From positions 352,001 through 416,000 of the forward strand of contig CAVYKI010000006.1 of assembly GCA_963769025.1 (NCBI GenBank): a stretch of DNA of 64,000 nucleotides. Reading direction: 5' to 3'. The notes under the pieces were generated by a model. It made no database searches and was not told where the DNA came from. It was given only the letters and a program-made list of their open reading frames with translations. The position numbers and the translations under genes are program-made. Every line of letters starts with the position of its first letter. Position 1 is the first letter of the stretch. Origin of the DNA: an uncultured Verrucomicrobiae bacterium. GTDB taxonomy: Bacteria; Verrucomicrobiota; Verrucomicrobiia; Chthoniobacterales; Chthoniobacteraceae. Below, in pieces: positions 59,310 to 64,000 of the stretch.

Positions 59310-60518
59310 ATGCCCGCATCACCAAAGTTCGACTCCATCGAGGACGCCATCCGCGACATCCGCGCGGGACGCATTGTCATCGTGACGGACGACGCGGACC
59401 GGGAAAACGAGGGCGATCTCGTGATGGCCGCGGAAAAGGTGACGCCCGCAACGGTCAACTTCATGGCCACGCACGGTCGGGGGCTCATCTGCGCGCCGAT
59501 CACCGAGGCGCGTGCCGAGGCGCTCGGCCTTGAGCGCATGACGCGCGAGAACCGGGAGACGCATAAGACGGACTTCACCGTCGCGGTGGATGCCGCGAAG
59601 GGAATCACGACGGGCATCAGCGCGCCCGACCGTGCGCGGACGATCAGCGTCCTTGCCAGCCGGAGTTCCGTGCCGGCGGATCTCGTCCAGCCCGGTCACA
59701 TTTTTCCTCTGCGTGCGAAGGATGGCGGCGTGCTGCGTCGCGCCGGACACACCGAGGCCAGCGTGGATCTCGCGCGACTCGCGGGACTCCAGCCGGCCGC
59801 GGTCATCTGCGAAATCATGAATGCCGACGGCTCCATGGCGCGTCTGCCGGAGCTGCTCGCCTTCAAGAAAAAGCACAAGCTGAAGCTGTGCAGCATCAGT
59901 GATCTCATCGCCTACCGTCGGCGGAGCGAGCGCCTCGTGGAGCGGGAGCAGGTGATCAAGATGCCCACGCAGTTTGGAGAATTCGACCTGCACCTCTACC
60001 GGTCCCTCGTGGACGGCGCGCATCACCTCGCGCTGGTGAAGGGCGCCATCTCCGCGAAGCGCCCGGCGCTCGTGCGCGTCCACAGCGAATGCCTCACCGG
60101 CGACGTGCTCGCCTCGCTGCGCTGCGATTGCGGCACGCAGCTCCACCGCGCGCTGCAGTTCATCGAGAAAGCCGGCAACGGCGTGCTGCTCTACATGCGG
60201 CAGCACGAGGGCCGCGGCATCGGCCTCCCTGCAAAAATCCACGCCTACAAACTGCAGGAGGCGGGGCTCGATACGGTGGAGGCCAACCTCAAGCTCGGCT
60301 TTGCGCCCGAGCTGCGCGACTACGGTGTGGGCGCGCAGATTCTCTACGATCTCGGCGTGCGGAAAATGCGTTTCATGACGAACAACCCGAAGAAGGTGAT
60401 CGGCCTCGAGGGCTACGGATTGAAAATCGTCGAGGTCGTCCCGCTGAAGTCCGTGCCGAACCGGCACAACGCAAAATATCTCGAAACCAAGCGGCTCAAG
60501 ATGGGCCACCTCCTTTAG
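59310..60518 (+). CDS. ribBA: Bifunctional DHBP synthase / GTP cyclohydrolase II
   Basis: DDADRENEGD, PGHIFPL, RAGHTEA, RVHSECLTGD, RCDCG, EGRGIG, MTNNP. Confidence 0.97.
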   Translation: MPASPKFDSIEDAIRDIRAGRIVIVTDDADRENEGDLVMAAEKVTPATVNFMATHGRGLICAPITEARAEALGLERMTRENRETHKTDFTVAVDAAKGITTGISAPDRARTISVLASRSSVPADLVQPGHIFPLRAKDGGVLRRAGHTEASVDLARLAGLQPAAVICEIMNADGSMARLPELLAFKKKHKLKLCSISDLIAYRRRSERLVEREQVIKMPTQFGEFDLHLYRSLVDGAHHLALVKGAISAKRPALVRVHSECLTGDVLASLRCDCGTQLHRALQFIEKAGNGVLLYMRQHEGRGIGLPAKIHAYKLQEAGLDTVEANLKLGFAPELRDYGVGAQILYDLGVRKMRFMTNNPKKVIGLEGYGLKIVEVVPLKSVPNRHNAKYLETKRLKMGHLL

Positions 60519-60536
60519 CGCATCGCGCGACCGATC

Positions 60537-61727
60537 GTGAGTGCGCCGAAGAGCATCGCCGTGATTGGCGGCGGTCCCGCCGGATTGCGTGCGGCGGAAG
60601 TCGCCGCGGTGGCGGGCGCGAAAGTCACGGTGTACGACGCGCAGCGTTCCGTCGGCCGGAAGTTCCTCATCGCCGGAAAGAGCGGGCTGAATCTCACGAA
60701 CACCGCGGCTCCGGAGGAATTCGTCAGCGCTTATTCCGGAGGTGAAATGCGCGCGCATTTCTGGCGGGACTGCCTTGCGGAATTTGACAGCGCCGCGCTC
60801 CGAAAATGGGCTGCGGCGCTCGGCGTGGAGACGTTCGCATCATCGAGCGGCAAGGTTTTTCCGACGCTGATGAAGGCCGCACTCCTGCTGACGCGGTGGA
60901 TTGCGCGGCTTCGGACGCTCGGAGTAACGTTTGAGATGAATCACCGCTGGACGGGGTTGCGTCCCGGCCCGCCGCCGGAAGTGCTCTTTCAGGATGAGAT
61001 GTCCGGCCATGCACACGATGCCACCGTCCTCGCGCTCGGCGGCGCCTCATGGCCGGAGACGGGGTCGGACGGCGGATGGGTTGCGATCCTCCAGGCGCTC
61101 GGCGTTGCCGTGCGTCCGCTGCAGGCGGCGAATTGCGGTTGGGAATGCGCGTGGACGCCGGAGACTCGGGAGAGGGTGGAGGGACAGCCGTTGCATAATC
61201 TGCACGTGAGGGCGGGGGACGCGCTCGCCATCGGCGAGGTGATGCCCACGCGCTACGGCTTCGAGGGCACGCCGATTTATGGTCTCGGCCGGACGCTGCG
61301 TGCCATGGACGCACCGGAGATCCGGATCGATTTCAAGCCCACGTTCACCGCCGTGCAACTGGTGAAGAAGATGGAATCCGCCCGTCGCAATTTCCTGAAG
61401 GAGGCGGAGGCGCGATGGAAGCTCCCTGCGGCAGCATGCGCGATCCTCGAACAATTCCACGGACCGTTCGATTCCTCGGAGAAGCTGGCTGCGGCGGCGA
61501 AGGACTGCCGCATCCCGCTTGTCGGCCCGCGTCCGATTGCCGAGGCAATTTCCACCGCGGGCGGCGTGTGCTGGAGCGAACTTGACGAACGCCTGATGCT
61601 CAAAAAGCTCCCCGGCGTTTTTTGCGCTGGCGAGATGATCGACTGGGAGGCGCCGACGGGCGGGTTCCTGCTGCAGGGATGCTTCGCGACCGGCACGCGG
61701 GCGGGGAGGGCGGCGGCGGAGTGGTGA
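60537..61727 (+). CDS. HI0933/BaiN-like NAD(P)/FAD-dependent oxidoreductase
   Basis: [53 protein letters not shown]. Confidence 0.92.
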   Translation: MSAPKSIAVIGGGPAGLRAAEVAAVAGAKVTVYDAQRSVGRKFLIAGKSGLNLTNTAAPEEFVSAYSGGEMRAHFWRDCLAEFDSAALRKWAAALGVETFASSSGKVFPTLMKAALLLTRWIARLRTLGVTFEMNHRWTGLRPGPPPEVLFQDEMSGHAHDATVLALGGASWPETGSDGGWVAILQALGVAVRPLQAANCGWECAWTPETRERVEGQPLHNLHVRAGDALAIGEVMPTRYGFEGTPIYGLGRTLRAMDAPEIRIDFKPTFTAVQLVKKMESARRNFLKEAEARWKLPAAACAILEQFHGPFDSSEKLAAAAKDCRIPLVGPRPIAEAISTAGGVCWSELDERLMLKKLPGVFCAGEMIDWEAPTGGFLLQGCFATGTRAGRAAAEW

Positions 61728-61755
61728 CTGGAACGAGCGTCCGAGCGACCCGAGC

Positions 61756-62616
61756 CTACGGCCACGACTTGCTTGCCTTGTCGTCCGGAAAACCTGGCGG
61801 GACTTTCTGCGTGACCTTCCCGGTCGCCGCCCACTCGGTGCCCCGCTGGAACGTGACGGCAAATGCGACGCAGTGCACCGCCTCGTCGCCATGGCCGAGC
61901 GCCGTGTGAAAGACGCGGCCTTTGCCGTAAGGGATCGCCATGAGCAGCGGTTCCTCTTCGCCGCTGCCGCCCGTTTCCGTCTGGGCCTTTGCGCTGGCGA
62001 GCACGGTCACGTCCTTGGCCGGTCCGCGCAGGCGGTCGTAGAGTTCGTCCTGCCGGTGCATGAATGCGGCGGGCAGGCCCTGCATGATCGGATGCTGCGG
62101 TGCGCGGTTGTTCAGCACGAACTCATGCTGCTTGCCGTGGCTGCCACCGCGTCCGGCCGAGGTGTCGAAGGTCCATTTTCCGTCGCGGAAGCGCAGGTAT
62201 GGCCCGCTTTTCTCGTTGCGGCCGCCCCAGCCGCCGACTCCGATCATTTCGTTGTAAGCTTTCCATTCGGAGAACGCGTTGTTCGCGGCATGCACCGGCA
62301 CGAAGCCGCCGCCGCCGCTCACATAATTTTCAAAGGCCGTCTGCGTTTCGGGCGACCACAGCTCGCCGTTGTAGTTCGAGACGACCACGGCGTAATCCGC
62401 AAATTTCGGCTGCCATGCCTCGATGCCCTTGCCCTTCTCCGGCGACGTGGACACGTCCACGCTGAAGATCCCCGGCGCTTCGAGGATCTGTTTCAGCACC
62501 GGCGAGATCATCGCCCACTTGTGGTTATTCTGTCCGTCCACGATGAGGACTTTGATTTTTTCCGCAGCGGTGGCCGAGACGGCGAAGGCGATGGATGCGA
62601 GGAGGAATGTTTTCAT
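61756..62616 (-). CDS. Secreted ThuA-like (class I glutamine amidotransferase-fold) protein
   Basis: Signal peptide; LIVDGQNNHKW, HAANNAF, DELY, YGKGRVFHTALGH, RGTEWAATG. Confidence 0.88.
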   Translation of the reverse strand: MKTFLLASIAFAVSATAAEKIKVLIVDGQNNHKWAMISPVLKQILEAPGIFSVDVSTSPEKGKGIEAWQPKFADYAVVVSNYNGELWSPETQTAFENYVSGGGGFVPVHAANNAFSEWKAYNEMIGVGGWGGRNEKSGPYLRFRDGKWTFDTSAGRGGSHGKQHEFVLNNRAPQHPIMQGLPAAFMHRQDELYDRLRGPAKDVTVLASAKAQTETGGSGEEEPLLMAIPYGKGRVFHTALGHGDEAVHCVAFAVTFQRGTEWAATGKVTQKVPPGFPDDKASKSWP

Positions 62617-62719
62617 GGGGTCGCGAAACTGACGCCTCCGTGCAGACGTGGCAAGCTGCGGGAGAAAAGCGCGTCCGCTTCATTGCCCGGCGCGTTCTTC
62701 CTGTTACCCTCGGCGCATT

Positions 62720-64000
62720 ATGGCATTCGGCTCATTCCGCGATTTTGTGCAGCACCTCGACAGGGCGGGGGAATTGAAGCGCATCTCCGCGCCGGTCGCG
62801 ACCGAGCTGGAAATCACCGAACTGGCGAACCGCGAGATGAAGTCGCCCGATGGCGGGAAGGCGCTGCTCATCGAGCAGCCGACCATCAATGGCGTGGTGT
62901 CGCCATTCCCCGTGGCGATCAACACGATGGGTTCGCATAAGCGAATGGCGATGAGCATGGGCGCAAATTCCGTGGACGAGGTCGCCGCAGAGCTCGGATC
63001 GCTGATGAAGGCGAAACCGCCGACCACTTTCCGCCAGACGCTGAAGCTCCTCGGCCAGGCACTCGAACTCCGTCACGCGCGACCAAAGATCGTGAAGGAC
63101 GGTCCGTGCAAGGAAGTGATTCATAAGTATGAAGGCGGAAGGATGAAGCATGAAGGATGGCCCAAGGCGCCGGATGTCGCCGACCCTTCATCCTTCGGAC
63201 TTCATCCTCCGACTTTGCTGAACCTCCCCATCCTCAAATGCTGGCCGCTCGACGGCGGGCGCTTCATCACTCTGCCCTGCGTCGTCACGAAGGATCCCGA
63301 CACCGGCGAGCGCAACGTCGGCATGTATCGCATCCAAATTTACGACGACCGCAACACCGGCATGCACTGGCAGCTTCAGAAAGTCGGCGCGCGTCACGGG
63401 CGGCGCTACTACGAGAGAGGTGAGCGCATGCCTGTCAGCATTTTTCTCGGAGGCGATCCGATGTTTCCTTTTGCCGCAACCGCGCCGCTGCCTGATGGCC
63501 TCGATGAGTATTTGCTCGCGGGGTATTTGCGGAAGAAGTCCGTCGAGCTGGTGAAGTGCGAGACGAACGACCTCGAAGTCCCCGCGAATTCCGACTTTGT
63601 CATCGAAGGCTACGTGGACCCGACCGAACCGTTGCGCGACGAAGGCCCGTTCGGCGATCACACCGGTTATTACACGTTGCCCGAGCCGTATCCCGTCTTC
63701 CACGTCACCGCCATCACGCACCGCAAGGACGCCGTCTATCCCGCCACCATCGTCGGCATCCCGCCGATGGAGGACTTCTACATCGGCGGCGCATCCGTGA
63801 AGCTCTTCCTGCCCATCTTCAAGATGAACTTCCCCGAGATCGCGGACATCGCGCTGCCGGCCGAAGGCGTCTTCCACAACCTCGTCTTTGTCAGCATCAA
63901 GAAGACCTATCCGATGCAGGCCTACAAAATCATGCACGGCCTCTGGGGCATGGGGCAGATGATGTTCAGCAAGTACATCATCGTGGTGGATGACGACGTG
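62720..64000 (+). CDS. UbiD-family (prFMN-dependent) decarboxylase, menaquinone/futalosine-pathway type; 3' truncated by window edge and absent from the ORF track
   Basis: MAFGSFRDFVQHL..AGEL..I..PV..ELEITE, CWPLDGGRFIT, NVGMYR, EGPFGDHTGYY, VGIPPMED, KKTYP. Confidence 0.93.
   Translation, partial: MAFGSFRDFVQHLDRAGELKRISAPVATELEITELANREMKSPDGGKALLIEQPTINGVVSPFPVAINTMGSHKRMAMSMGANSVDEVAAELGSLMKAKPPTTFRQTLKLLGQALELRHARPKIVKDGPCKEVIHKYEGGRMKHEGWPKAPDVADPSSFGLHPPTLLNLPILKCWPLDGGRFITLPCVVTKDPDTGERNVGMYRIQIYDDRNTGMHWQLQKVGARHGRRYYERGERMPVSIFLGGDPMFPFAATAPLPDGLDEYLLAGYLRKKSVELVKCETNDLEVPANSDFVIEGYVDPTEPLRDEGPFGDHTGYYTLPEPYPVFHVTAITHRKDAVYPATIVGIPPMEDFYIGGASVKLFLPIFKMNFPEIADIALPAEGVFHNLVFVSIKKTYPMQAYKIMHGLWGMGQMMFSKYIIVVDDDV
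63125..63216. repeat. Inverted heptamer-repeat element inside the UbiD coding sequence
   Basis: Left arm AAGTATG AAGGCGG AAGGATG AAGCATG AAGGATG (63125-63159); right arm GACCCTT CATCCTT CGGACTT CATCCTC CGACTTT (63182-63216). Confidence 0.8.

Noticed and set aside
1..64000. tRNA, rRNA, IS transposase or prophage genes
   Set aside because: No cloverleaf/T-loop signature in the intergenic gaps, and no transposase or phage structural motifs among the ORFs.

Overview
High-GC bacterial chromosomal segment, most likely Verrucomicrobiota (Chthoniobacter-like). This is inferred from PVC-type heme-binding CxxCH and DUF1592/DUF1588 proteins, several sulfatases and the homodimeric GlyRS. About 50 genes are recognisable. 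Core genes are rpsA (3' end), glmM, cdaA, folP, tkt, dnaE, recN, hisG, folE2, tgt, glyQS, ribBA and a UbiD-family decarboxylase (5' part); between them lie secreted and periplasmic accessory proteins. The most notable non-coding structure is a minus-strand integron-like cassette array at ~25.3-28.4 kb. It has an attI-like site, three attC sites that decay with distance from it, and no integrase in the window. Its cargo is a 20-codon mini-cassette, a SAM methyltransferase, a 499-aa pectate lyase and a DoxX-like protein. Other highlights are an inverted heptamer-repeat element in frame inside the UbiD gene, an empty nonamer inverted-repeat element after rpsA, a stand-alone OvoA-type methyltransferase operon, a receiver-pseudokinase-FGE fusion and a VWA protein with a tandemly duplicated unknown domain. 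Eight single-base frameshifts in five genes, including dnaE, are most likely sequencing or assembly errors. No rRNA, tRNA or CRISPR array was seen. All family calls come from motif recognition by eye; no database search was run.
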